Shown here in pieces: positions 29,979 through 39,402 of a stretch of DNA of 64,000 nucleotides. The notes under the pieces are model-generated. The model saw nothing but the letters and a program-made list of their open reading frames with translations, was not told the origin of the DNA and searched no databases. The translations under genes were made by a program, and so were the position numbers. Origin of the DNA: a virus; IMG/VR virus record IMGVR_UViG_3300027741_000022, positions 1 through 64,000 of that record; one strand, 5' to 3'. The first letter of the stretch is position 1. Every line of letters starts with the position of its first letter.

Positions 29979-31826
29979 ATGTTGTTCAAAGAATGGTTAT
30001 TATTAAACGAAAATATAGAATCAAATTTCGATACCTACCTATCTAATTTGGTTAAATACGCTAAGCCTGAAGAGAAAAATCAATTAGATTCTCATCGTAA
30101 AATTTCTGCATACTTACAAACCCCAGAACAAGAAAGACCAAATTTACTTTGGTTTCAAAAATCTATTATAATTCAAGTTTTAAAAGAAAAACACCTTGAA
30201 AATTTTAATTGGTTCAGCTTTAGTATTGGATATTTATTATCTAAAGTTAGCATGTTTAAAGAAGATCTTGAATTAGCCATAGATGTCACTAAAAAAAGAA
30301 TAGACAGCAGAGAGTTGCCAAAAAGTGAAATAGGCTCTAAGGGTTGGTTTAAAATTGGACAAGAATCTAAAGAAAAAGTTGAAGAATACATAAAAGCAAG
30401 TCAAGAATTAAGTAATAGACAAGAACGAAAATTAAGAAAAAGCGGAGAAACCTTAGAAGATGATAATAAATTAATACAGTTGGTAGCCACAGATGAAAAT
30501 TTAAAACTTTATTTCCTCCCTGCAATCGGGAGCGGAACAGAATACGGGCTTCCAAAAGATGAAAATGAAATTAAATCTAGAAAAAGAGTTTTATGTAGCT
30601 ATGGCAAGGGAACAAAATGGTGTACAGCAGTTCCAGATGGTGATTGGCATGAAAGTTATTTGGGCAATAACATTTATATAATTCACGAAAATGATAAGCC
30701 AAAATATCAATTTGTAAATTGTTTAGATGAAGGCGAAGACAATCATCAATTTATGGATGCCGAAGACAATCCCGTTAAAGAATTAGACATAAAGTATTAT
30801 AACTTCTTGAAAAAATATGCACCTGGGGCAAGCCATTGTTATGAAATTAAGGTGAAGTTTGGTATATCAAATTTTTTGAATTCAACAATTAGTGATGATA
30901 TCAAAAAAGAAATATCAGGTAAAAATCTGGCGGAATTGCTTAATGTTTCCTACAGAAATGATTTTGAAAAAATAACATCAATTGTCAAAAATCTTAATAT
31001 TTCTTTTGACAGCGACAGCATTTTTAACTTTCTTTGGAGTGTAAGTCCATTACACACAAGCGATCCTATTATTCGTAATTTGATTGCTAAAAATATCAAT
31101 AAATTAAGTGGCGCGGAAATCCATGATTTAATCACTCATTCTCCACCAATAGGATATGAGGAAACTTATTCTAATAAAACAAGATTAACAACAGATGAAA
31201 TGATAGAAATATTGGGTCATAAAAATTTAATGAAACTCAGTTCATCTCTTATAATTTCTATTTTATCTAATTCCACAAATAGATCAGAAATGGCAAAATT
31301 ATTGGGAAAAGAAGTTTTGAATAATATTAGAATATTTGATATTACAAATTGGATGATTCACGCAGTAGGTGATATAAAAGAAATACTGGACATTTTCAAG
31401 CCAAATTCTTTGAAAGCATTAACATCAAGCCATATTGATGTTATATTCATAAGTGAGTATCTTAGAGCGAAACATTCTCAAGAAGATATGGAGTATTTGG
31501 TTAAGGAATTAATGGATGTAGGTGTAGAATTCGGCGTGAGGTCAGTTGATGCAATACTTCTTAATACAAAAACTGGTAAAGATGATTATATTGAAAGAAT
31601 GATTAAAATACTTGGTAAGAAAAATGTAAGTAAACTATGGTACGAGTCTGTTCATAATTTATTTGATGAAATTTTTGCCAAAAAAGGATTTAGAGGACAA
31701 AAAGAATTGGCTGAATTATTGAAAGATTATTATGTTCACCCTGAATTATCTGGCGAGGATACGACCGTTGGTAAAATGGCAGACTGGGCAAGAATAGACA
31801 ATCTAATCAACAAGCACCTAGACTAA
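29979..31826 (+). CDS. Large hypothetical phage protein (MLFKEWLLLNE start; CSYGKGTKWC motif; helical repeats)
   Basis: ORF track; start reassigned to the second Met. Confidence 0.6.
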   Translation: MLFKEWLLLNENIESNFDTYLSNLVKYAKPEEKNQLDSHRKISAYLQTPEQERPNLLWFQKSIIIQVLKEKHLENFNWFSFSIGYLLSKVSMFKEDLELAIDVTKKRIDSRELPKSEIGSKGWFKIGQESKEKVEEYIKASQELSNRQERKLRKSGETLEDDNKLIQLVATDENLKLYFLPAIGSGTEYGLPKDENEIKSRKRVLCSYGKGTKWCTAVPDGDWHESYLGNNIYIIHENDKPKYQFVNCLDEGEDNHQFMDAEDNPVKELDIKYYNFLKKYAPGASHCYEIKVKFGISNFLNSTISDDIKKEISGKNLAELLNVSYRNDFEKITSIVKNLNISFDSDSIFNFLWSVSPLHTSDPIIRNLIAKNINKLSGAEIHDLITHSPPIGYEETYSNKTRLTTDEMIEILGHKNLMKLSSSLIISILSNSTNRSEMAKLLGKEVLNNIRIFDITNWMIHAVGDIKEILDIFKPNSLKALTSSHIDVIFISEYLRAKHSQEDMEYLVKELMDVGVEFGVRSVDAILLNTKTGKDDYIERMIKILGKKNVSKLWYESVHNLFDEIFAKKGFRGQKELAELLKDYYVHPELSGEDTTVGKMADWARIDNLINKHLD

Positions 31827-32668
31827 TGTTTTTTAGGAAAAAATTTGCCTATAAAGTTGTGATATGGACATTTTGGTTTGTCTTCTCCATTTAACAACCT
31901 CTTTTTTTCTCTAAAATAAGTTGTTGAATCTTTTGTTAGCGACCCATCTGATGACAATAACTGTTTTCCGCCATTTTCAAATTTTTTCTTGTTATAATTT
32001 AGCCAATATTTGAACACATAGTTTGCTTTTTTTGTATTTCTGTTTATATGCTCTTCTTTTATATCCCAGTCTTTTGTTGATTCTCTTTTAACTGGTATTA
32101 ACTGCGCTATTGGCAATTCTTTTGTTATTGTTATTTGTTTGTCGTTAGCATCACAGATTAAATTTATCCATATATCATAATGCATCCAATCTGTTTCCAA
32201 AATTGCTTCCATCACATGGTAATCTGTCCTTGGAAAATTTATCGGGCTTCTTATTTGTAAGCAATATCCTGGTGGTGTTTCAAAAATAAGACCTGTCCAT
32301 ATTTGAACTACGTTTTGTTCGGCAGCTCCCCAGGTGAATTTTGTCCTACCTGTGTCCGGCATACACCACTTTTCCACAACAGATTTATCAGAAGGTTTAA
32401 CCAAAGATTTAATTGTAGCGTAATCTTCGTTTGAATATTTTTCTGTATCATAAATAAATCTATTCCCATCGTATACAAAATGCATGTCCACAGGAGGATA
32501 CAACCAAAAACCGAATTGATTTGCGGATGTGTATGGTCCACACCATTTAACCGCAGCTTCGTTTGCGGTTCCCAAACAAGTTTTCTCGGCTTGTTTTATT
32601 TTGCAAGCTTGGGAATGAACTCTCCAAACATTGAGATTATTCATGTAATTTCTCAGAGGGTTGATCAT
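31823..32668 (-). CDS. DUF6065-like hypothetical protein
   Basis: CLGTANE...GFWLYPPVD...FETPPGY...EAILETDW pattern. Confidence 0.5.
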   Translation of the reverse strand: MINPLRNYMNNLNVWRVHSQACKIKQAEKTCLGTANEAAVKWCGPYTSANQFGFWLYPPVDMHFVYDGNRFIYDTEKYSNEDYATIKSLVKPSDKSVVEKWCMPDTGRTKFTWGAAEQNVVQIWTGLIFETPPGYCLQIRSPINFPRTDYHVMEAILETDWMHYDIWINLICDANDKQITITKELPIAQLIPVKRESTKDWDIKEEHINRNTKKANYVFKYWLNYNKKKFENGGKQLLSSDGSLTKDSTTYFREKKRLLNGEDKPKCPYHNFIGKFFPKKH

Positions 32669-32715
32669 AGTTTACAGAGATTGTATAATTGAATCCAACT
32701 AGGGAATTAAAAATT

Positions 32716-33786
32716 ATGATAATTGACCAAGAAACAAAGCTAGATTTCGATCATGTGAGAATTGTGCCACAGAGAACTACTCTCGAAAGCAGAAGCGAAG
32801 TCTCACTTGAGAGAAATTTTAAGTTTTACCACAGTCCCAGAACTTGGAGTGGAATACCAATAATTTGTTCCAATATGGTTCCTTTGACATCAAAAAAAAT
32901 GGCTGTCAAGCTTGCTGAGCATAAAATTGTGACCGCTCTGCATAAGTATTATAAGACTGATGAATTGACAAATATAATTAAAGCTGCTGGAGTCGATTAT
33001 GCTTGGGTTAGTATTGGTAAGTCTGATGAAGATATAAATAAATTAAAAGAAATTAAAGAAATAATTGGCACTTCTCCCAACATTGTGATAGATGTTCCCA
33101 ATGGCTATATGGAAAGTTTTGTTAAATTTTGTGAAAAGGTGAGAAATGAATTCCCGGAAAGCATAATTTGTGCTGGTAATGTCACCACTCCCGAAATTTG
33201 CGAAGAGCTTGTTATTCATGGTAAGGTTGATATTTGTAAGATTCAAATAGGACCAGGTTCTCAATGCGAAACCAGAAAAATGACTGGTGTTGGTTATGGA
33301 ACATTTTCATGTGTCTCAGAGTGTGCCCATGCCGCCCACGGGCTAAGAGCTGCTTCTGGTAGGTTGGGACTAATAATGAGCGATGGAGGCTGTAAAGACC
33401 CAGGAGACATTTGTAAAGCAATTTGTGGAGGAGCTGATTGGGTCATGATAGGTGGAATGTTTGCAGGAACTGATGAGTGTGAGGGCGAATGGGAGTATGA
33501 ATACGAACCCAACGCAGAATTTAATCTGAACAACTCATCTTGCACTAAAAAAACTTATCTTACTTTTTATGGAATGAGTAGTCATTATGCTCAAGAAAAA
33601 CACGGAGTTGGTAAGAAAAAATATAGAGCATCAGAAGGAAAGATTTCTAAAATTCCTTACAAGGGACCAGTAGAAGATGCTGTTCAAGAAATACTTGGTG
33701 GAATAAGAAGCTGCGGTGCGTACATTGGCGCAAAGCACCTAAAAGATTTCAGTAAATGTGCAAAGTTTGTCAAGATAGCCAGGTAA
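32716..33786 (+). CDS. guaC: GMP reductase
   Basis: KLDFDHV, IDVPNGY, IGPGSQCETRKMTGVG, SDGGC..PGD..KA..GGADWVMIGGMFAG, FYGMSS, YRASEG. Confidence 0.92.
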   Translation: MIIDQETKLDFDHVRIVPQRTTLESRSEVSLERNFKFYHSPRTWSGIPIICSNMVPLTSKKMAVKLAEHKIVTALHKYYKTDELTNIIKAAGVDYAWVSIGKSDEDINKLKEIKEIIGTSPNIVIDVPNGYMESFVKFCEKVRNEFPESIICAGNVTTPEICEELVIHGKVDICKIQIGPGSQCETRKMTGVGYGTFSCVSECAHAAHGLRAASGRLGLIMSDGGCKDPGDICKAICGGADWVMIGGMFAGTDECEGEWEYEYEPNAEFNLNNSSCTKKTYLTFYGMSSHYAQEKHGVGKKKYRASEGKISKIPYKGPVEDAVQEILGGIRSCGAYIGAKHLKDFSKCAKFVKIAR

Positions 33787-33788
33787 TT

Positions 33789-34499
33789 ATGAGTAATGCA
33801 GTTGTTTATTTATTAAACAATAATAATGTCTATTTAAAAATGGCTTCTAATAGCATTTCTATGCTTAGAAGTTTTAATGATAAAATCAAAATAGTTTGTT
33901 TGTGTACCTCAAAAATAAATCTACCAGAGTCTCTAGATGTAGAATTGATTGAGGTCAAGGACATAGATCCTGAATATATTCATGTCAACAGACAACATAT
34001 GGGCAGTCTTGAATTTGAAAATATCCTATACATTGATAGTGATACCTTTATTTTTGATGATGTTCAAAAAATATTTGATTACTATCAAAAAGATTTTGTT
34101 GGCTGTGAAAATAGTTGGGCATATAAACAGAACTTTAATTTGTTTAAGCCGACCAACGGTGGCGTTCTTTTATTTAAAAATTTTGCTCACAAAAAAATAT
34201 ACGAAGACTTTAGTTATAAGCTAAAGTATATGAATATTCTCTACAAAGATATTTGGGATTGGATGGTCTCTATCAATAACACATACGTCAGAGAAGAATT
34301 TTTAATAAGCAAGATAGTAGAAGAAGAAAAAATAAATAGATGTTTTTTTGAAAAACAACATGTTAAAATTCCTGAAGAACACAAGGATGTTAAAAACATC
34401 AACACAATAATATTTCATACATTTACAAGCAATTGGTCCATTGTAAATAGAGAAGTTTTTGGAATTAAAATCAAAAAAATAAAACCTAGATTAGTTTGA
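33789..34499 (+). CDS. GT-A fold (GT8-like) nucleotide-sugar transferase
   Basis: ILYIDSDTFIFDDV (DxD), NGGVLLF. Confidence 0.65.
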   Translation: MSNAVVYLLNNNNVYLKMASNSISMLRSFNDKIKIVCLCTSKINLPESLDVELIEVKDIDPEYIHVNRQHMGSLEFENILYIDSDTFIFDDVQKIFDYYQKDFVGCENSWAYKQNFNLFKPTNGGVLLFKNFAHKKIYEDFSYKLKYMNILYKDIWDWMVSINNTYVREEFLISKIVEEEKINRCFFEKQHVKIPEEHKDVKNINTIIFHTFTSNWSIVNREVFGIKIKKIKPRLV

Positions 34500-34851
34500 T
34501 GCCAAGCTTTTCTCTCCAAATTTTTGCATCTTCTACTATGTTTGGATTGTGTTTTGTCCAATTTTTTAAATGCCCGAAAAATAAATGACAATTAAAGCTT
34601 CCTTCACATAATGTGATAAGATTGTCCCCGTCCAGTTCCTTTTCTGGGTCTGTGTGGAATGGCAATATATGGTGTGGAACTAAATCTTTAGTGTTTCCAC
34701 AAATCATACAAAAAGGCTGTTTTTTTAGATGCTCTTCTCTGGTTTTTTTCCATTTCGAGGATCTTGGCAGCCCCAAGATTTGTATTTCTTCGAAAGATAA
34801 ACTGCTTATTTTATTGTCAAAAATGAATAGTTTTTTTATAACACCCCACAT
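34486..34851 (-). CDS. HNH endonuclease
   Basis: CMICG...HHILPF...NLITLC...CHLFFGH. Confidence 0.85.
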   Translation of the reverse strand: MWGVIKKLFIFDNKISSLSFEEIQILGLPRSSKWKKTREEHLKKQPFCMICGNTKDLVPHHILPFHTDPEKELDGDNLITLCEGSFNCHLFFGHLKNWTKHNPNIVEDAKIWREKLGIKLI

Positions 34852-34863
34852 AGATATATCTAT
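34850..34863. promoter_or_regulatory. 14-bp palindrome ATAGATATATCTAT between head-to-head start codons
   Basis: Read directly. Confidence 0.4.
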
Positions 34864-34864
34864 C

Positions 34865-35896
34865 ATGAATTTTAAACTATTTTTTGAAATATTCGGCGCA
34901 TTTAATTATTTTGTTCCACCGGATAAAGAAAAGCAAATGTATGACTTTTATATGCTTGCTAACCTTAGAGGTGTTGCAAATAAAAGAAGCGCGACTCAAT
35001 TTGGTGGAGTAGCTGGTGTTAAGCCGTTTTATGAACCTGGAGATTTTGAACCAGGAAATCTTGAAAGTGACGAAAAACAAGCAGATTATATGCTTGAAGA
35101 AGTTTCTGATAAACTTCTTCCTTATTTGAAAAAAGAGTTTTTATCTGTTTTACTTCAAAGTGTTGCGGGTGAAGTTAAAGACGCTCTTTATTTCAACGAG
35201 CTATATATCTTGCAGTTGTTAATGCAAAAAGAAAGCCCTCAGGAATCAGAAGCCTTCTCTGATTTTGTAGATGAGTTGGCGTCAACTATGCACCCTTCAA
35301 ACGATGATTCATTTGATTTTTATGGTGATAATAAAGATACCTACCGAAACAAAAAATGGTCAGATAGTGATATTAAAAGTATCTCAGACGAAGATGATTA
35401 TCAAAATTGGCATAAAAGAAGATTCGGTCATGAGCACCAGCATGTTAAATATCAAAGAGACATAGACAGCGCCTCTGTTTTAAAAATTGCTATGAAATAC
35501 TTCAGCAAACATTCATTCATGAGAATAGCAAAAATTTTATTTCTAAAAGCGGATTGGAATGAAAGTTATGGCGGTAAAAGCTGGGCTGATATAGCTGATG
35601 CTTATGGAAGGCTTGACTCTGCAACAAACAAAAATCAACTTATAGTCGCTATAGATCATGTTTATGACTTACAGCACAACAATGGCTCCGTATTTACAAA
35701 AAATTCTGATTATGCTAAAAAGACAACCGTCATATCTTCTATGGGTTATAAATCAGAAAAATTAGATTTTAGTTGGATACAAAAAGCCCTAGATTTTAAG
35801 AGAGATTTAAAGTCTATGACAGAGTTATTAGACAAAGTTTCTCCCCAAATGAAAAAACTAGCGGCAAGAGTTATAAAGATTAAAGGCATGTCGTAA
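34865..35896 (+). CDS. Hypothetical protein (MNFKLFFE start), paralog of 50075..50671
   Basis: Shares YDFY and W..IAD...L......IDH..HNNG motifs with 50075..50671. Confidence 0.6.
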   Translation: MNFKLFFEIFGAFNYFVPPDKEKQMYDFYMLANLRGVANKRSATQFGGVAGVKPFYEPGDFEPGNLESDEKQADYMLEEVSDKLLPYLKKEFLSVLLQSVAGEVKDALYFNELYILQLLMQKESPQESEAFSDFVDELASTMHPSNDDSFDFYGDNKDTYRNKKWSDSDIKSISDEDDYQNWHKRRFGHEHQHVKYQRDIDSASVLKIAMKYFSKHSFMRIAKILFLKADWNESYGGKSWADIADAYGRLDSATNKNQLIVAIDHVYDLQHNNGSVFTKNSDYAKKTTVISSMGYKSEKLDFSWIQKALDFKRDLKSMTELLDKVSPQMKKLAARVIKIKGMS

Positions 35897-35941
35897 AAAA
35901 GAAGAAGCCCACCTAAAAGATGGGCTTTACATTCTTCTTTT

Positions 35942-36172
35942 TCATTTTTTAATTGATACTACTTTGACATTATCGTCTCCTATTGATAATATCTTGTATT
36001 TTTTCATTACATTACCCTTCATGACGAAAGCAGCAATATTTCCATTTGCTGGCCAAGGTAATTTTTCATTTATTCTTGATATGTAATACACTTCATTTTC
36101 ATCGTCTTCGCTAAAATCAATAATTTCTAAATTTTTGTTCATAGTTCTTCCTCCTTGAAAGTTTGAACACAA
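35942..36172 (-). CDS. Small hypothetical protein
   Basis: ORF with GGAGG RBS before the internal Met. Confidence 0.4.
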   Translation of the reverse strand: MCSNFQGGRTMNKNLEIIDFSEDDENEVYYISRINEKLPWPANGNIAAFVMKGNVMKKYKILSIGDDNVKVVSIKK

Positions 36173-36273
36173 ATATATTTATTATTCTCGCTAACATATT
36201 TAAAAAATAATAAAAACAATTATGTATTTTGAAATTTTTGTGGTATATATTATTGTCAAATTTGGAGTTAAAA

Positions 36274-36618
36274 ATGAAAAAAAATAAAGATATTTTGAAA
36301 CTAAGTGGCGTTACCGAAAAAGAAACTCTTAAGAGTTTTGCCAATAAAAGAAAATCTTCTGCCATGGCGATTGTTATGGCAGCAAAAGAAAAGGGAGGCA
36401 TAGCTGTATTAACCCAAAAGCATTTTGAGGTTAAATTGCCGATATACGACAAAGCTTTTAAGTCTTTTGATAAAGAAGAAGTCAAAAAACAATATAAAGC
36501 CTTGGTAGAAGAATTGAGCTCCAAAGATGTAGAAAATATGAAGCAAATTGATTTTCAAATGCTTGTTGGCAAAATAGAAGTTACTGGGGAGCTTTTAATT
36601 AAAAGCGAAGACGAGTAA
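36274..36618 (+). CDS. Hypothetical protein
   Basis: GGAG RBS before MKKNKDIL. Confidence 0.5.
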   Translation: MKKNKDILKLSGVTEKETLKSFANKRKSSAMAIVMAAKEKGGIAVLTQKHFEVKLPIYDKAFKSFDKEEVKKQYKALVEELSSKDVENMKQIDFQMLVGKIEVTGELLIKSEDE

Positions 36619-37011
36619 TCACTTTAAGTTTTTTAGTTTGTATAAAGTTCTATAAGTTAAAGCCACTACTTCATCTAATATATTTTTAAGATGACTGTCT
36701 GATTCTTTTAAAGAATCTCTTCCTGTTATAAATATTTTTGCTGCATCTTCAAGATATTCTACTATATCTTCGATTGGTGAAACTTGAATACCTTCATATC
36801 CAGTGAGTATTCCATATTCACCTTGCCATGTTTCTACAAAAGTGTCAATAAATTCAAGCAAATCATCATAATAAGAGTTTAAAGCTTTATGAGCACTGTA
36901 GCTCTTTGTTTGTAGATGAAAATTATGGCTTGTTTGACGAACTTCAAACATTTTCTCTACAAGCTTTTTTACGCTTTTTGCATCTTTATAATCTTTTAAA
37001 CTCATTACCAT
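36619..37011 (-). CDS. Ferritin/Dps-like four-helix protein (DUF5856-like)
   Basis: SHNFHLQTKSYSAHKALNSYYD...IDTFVETWQGEYG. Confidence 0.7.
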   Translation of the reverse strand: MVMSLKDYKDAKSVKKLVEKMFEVRQTSHNFHLQTKSYSAHKALNSYYDDLLEFIDTFVETWQGEYGILTGYEGIQVSPIEDIVEYLEDAAKIFITGRDSLKESDSHLKNILDEVVALTYRTLYKLKNLK

Positions 37012-37064
37012 AGTAGACCTTTCTTCAAAATATATAGATTAAAAGAGTTGATTTCGTTTAATTT

Positions 37065-37427
37065 TTGGATATAATTATGTGCATGAAATGCCCTATATGT
37101 CATCAAAAATCCGATTTGTTTGTAACTTCTCATAAGAACAAGCCTTTTGTGGATAATAAACTTTATCCAAAAATATGCTTCACTTGTTTTTCTGCTCCAA
37201 AAACCACACTACAGAAATATAAAGAAGATGGATCTTTAAAAGAAGAAATAGAGTTAGAGTATTCTGTTGAGAACTTGCACTCTGCCAGAGAACTTTTTGA
37301 AGCTGGTTCTGCAGACAACCTAAATCAAGCTAAAAATTGCGTAAAAGCTATAAAAGAACTCCAGGTAGAATCAAATAAAAATATTTTAAAGAAAACTAAG
37401 CCTAAAATGGAATTATACTTGAATTGA
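37065..37427 (+). CDS. Zinc-finger-like hypothetical protein
   Basis: CPIC ... CFTC. Confidence 0.5.
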   Translation: MDIIMCMKCPICHQKSDLFVTSHKNKPFVDNKLYPKICFTCFSAPKTTLQKYKEDGSLKEEIELEYSVENLHSARELFEAGSADNLNQAKNCVKAIKELQVESNKNILKKTKPKMELYLN

Positions 37428-37445
37428 AAGTTTCTCGGTTTGTTT

Positions 37446-37463
37446 GTTTCTTCCCGGTACGCT
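37446..37463 (+). promoter_or_regulatory. 18-bp motif copy 1 GTTTCTTCCCGGTACGCT
   Basis: Recurrent intergenic motif (9 copies). Confidence 0.7.
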
Positions 37464-37485
37464 ACTGTTCTGGCAAGCTGGGTAG

Positions 37486-37514
37486 TTGACAAGTCTGGTT
37501 TGCTATGCTACGAT
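37486..37514 (+). promoter_or_regulatory. Sigma70-type promoter TTGACA-17-TACGAT
   Basis: Consensus -35 with exact 17-bp spacer. Confidence 0.6.
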
Positions 37515-37577
37515 TGGTGGATTGGTCGGATATTCTAAATATTATAATCGGATTTTACAGAAAAAGTTAACCCGAGA

Positions 37578-37595
37578 AGTTTCTTCTCGGTACGA
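37578..37595 (+). promoter_or_regulatory. 18-bp motif copy 2 GTTTCTTCTCGGTACGAT
   Basis: Recurrent motif; overlaps palindrome CCGAGAAG-ttt-CTTCTCGG. Confidence 0.65.
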
Positions 37596-37640
37596 TGTGC
37601 TTCTGCGACAGCCCATAGACTGCTATAGAAGGAGAGATTC

Positions 37641-38735
37641 TTGATACCCCAGCAAGAGAGTATTTTTTTCCAAAAAGGAACAACACCAGACTCAGACAAG
37701 CTTAAAAAGTTCAAAAGACTTGTAGATCCTGAGTGCGAAGAGTCTCCATTTAATAAATTTGTAGGAAACAGAAAAGCTATCTCTAAACTTTCTGTAGTGG
37801 CTTTTAATGCCCTTCAAAGATACAACCATGTGTGCAGTGACATTTCTTTTGCTTTAACTGGACCTGCAAGTAGTGGAAAAACAACTCTTGTTAGACTGTT
37901 TGCCGAAATTTTAAAGCTACCACTTGCTGAGATTAGTCCGAAAAGCTTGGGTTCTCTTGATGATCTAATGCAACAGATTGCTGACGCGGCAGAAGAAAAG
38001 AATGTTCCTCTTGTTGAGTGTGGTGACGAGTTTTACGTTCTACCTCCATGTATCATTTTCATAGATGAGGTTCATGCTCTTAAAAACAGCATCGTTCAAG
38101 GACTGTTGAAAGCCACAGAGCCTAAAGATGCACAGCTTGTAACTGAATCTGGTTTGAAAGTAAATTGTTTTAATGCTTGTTGGATTATTGCCACAACAGA
38201 TATTGGCAAGGTCTTCGACGCATTCAGATCAAGATTCAGCACTATTGAATTAAAGTATTTGAGCAAAAAAGATATCTCCAAGATTGTTAAGAGTAACTTC
38301 CCTCAATTAGATGAGGAAGCCTGTGATTTAATTGCTCACTACAACCCTCAGATTCCGAGAAAAGCACTAGAGTTTGCAAGGTATGTTATTCTTTATGGAA
38401 ACATGGAGAAAGAAGGATCGTGGGAAGAAATTTGCGAAAAGGTTGCGGAAAACGAAGGAATTGACAAATATGGAATGCATGAGTCAAGTCTCGCTCTATT
38501 GAAGGTTTTGTCTAAACACAAAACTGTTCCGATGAAGAGAATTCCTTATTTTTTGAATAAAAAGATTGAAGAGATTGAAAATTATATCCTGCCGTGCCTG
38601 GTGAGCGATACTGATGAACAACCTTCTTTGGTTTCCGTAACACCAAGAGGTCTTTGTTTAACCGAAGCTGGTATGCAAGAATTAATTAAGAGAGATTTGA
38701 TTGAAGAGTCCGACATCATGGAGGAAATAGCTTGA
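37641..38735 (+). CDS. ruvB: RuvB-like AAA+ ATPase (Holliday-junction branch-migration helicase type)
   Basis: GPASSGKT, IIFIDEVH, IIATT, FRSRF, PRKA, C-terminal winged helix with TPRG..LT..G. Confidence 0.75.
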   Translation: MIPQQESIFFQKGTTPDSDKLKKFKRLVDPECEESPFNKFVGNRKAISKLSVVAFNALQRYNHVCSDISFALTGPASSGKTTLVRLFAEILKLPLAEISPKSLGSLDDLMQQIADAAEEKNVPLVECGDEFYVLPPCIIFIDEVHALKNSIVQGLLKATEPKDAQLVTESGLKVNCFNACWIIATTDIGKVFDAFRSRFSTIELKYLSKKDISKIVKSNFPQLDEEACDLIAHYNPQIPRKALEFARYVILYGNMEKEGSWEEICEKVAENEGIDKYGMHESSLALLKVLSKHKTVPMKRIPYFLNKKIEEIENYILPCLVSDTDEQPSLVSVTPRGLCLTEAGMQELIKRDLIEESDIMEEIA

Positions 38736-38896
38736 AAAAATTCGACATTGGAGAAGTTGTGGTAGATTTAAAAACCGGTGAGATGGGCATCGTGTTTGAT
38801 TCAGAAATTGGATGCAATGCAGTTTTGGTAAATGTTGACGGTGAATTACAGGTATGGTTGCATAAAAACATTGACAAATATATTATTAATGCATAA
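38732..38896 (+). CDS. 54-aa hypothetical protein (TTG start; not in ORF track)
   Basis: GGAGG RBS; MKKFDIGEVVVDLKTGEMGIV... SH3/KOW-like beta pattern. Confidence 0.5.
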   Translation: MKKFDIGEVVVDLKTGEMGIVFDSEIGCNAVLVNVDGELQVWLHKNIDKYIINA

Positions 38897-38903
38897 ATAA
38901 TGT

Positions 38904-39080
38904 ATGCAGAACATTAGTTTTAAAAAATGGCTTGAAACAGCCGGTTCATTTGGAATTGTTTCTTGCAAAGATTTAAATAATCCAAATTTTCAAATTTGGG
39001 GCGCATTATCTGACCTTAATTGTAAAAGATCAAATAAAAAGCACAAACAACAAAGACGGTTGACTAGAAGTAAAAAATGA
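38904..39080 (+). CDS. 58-aa basic protein MQNISFKKWLE... (not in ORF track)
   Basis: Manual translation. Confidence 0.45.
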   Translation: MQNISFKKWLETAGSFGIVSCKDLNNPNFQIWGALSDLNCKRSNKKHKQQRRLTRSKK

Positions 39081-39117
39081 TTATATTTCTCCTGTTAATT
39101 CCACAGGAGAAATTTCT

Positions 39118-39402
39118 ATGTCTTCCCCGATGATTGAAGGTGTCCTTCTTTGTAAAAAGAAAAAGTATAGACCAAACACAGCGCTTGCTGTTGTTGCTGT
39201 TATGATGTGTGGAAGAGATTTGTCCACAAACGAAGAGCTTTTGAGTTATTGTGATGGTTGGATTGAAGAATTTGGTGCTCCGACATATAAAAAGATTTTG
39301 ACTTTTGCGAAAAATCTAGGTTACATTAGAGAAATATCCGAGATATCTTTAAACTTAAATTGGAAAGAAAGACCCGATGGAATGCCAGACGGATTTGTCT
39401 GA
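39118..39402 (+). CDS. Hypothetical protein
   Basis: RBS GGAG lies in an 11-bp hairpin arm. Confidence 0.5.
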   Translation: MSSPMIEGVLLCKKKKYRPNTALAVVAVMMCGRDLSTNEELLSYCDGWIEEFGAPTYKKILTFAKNLGYIREISEISLNLNWKERPDGMPDGFV

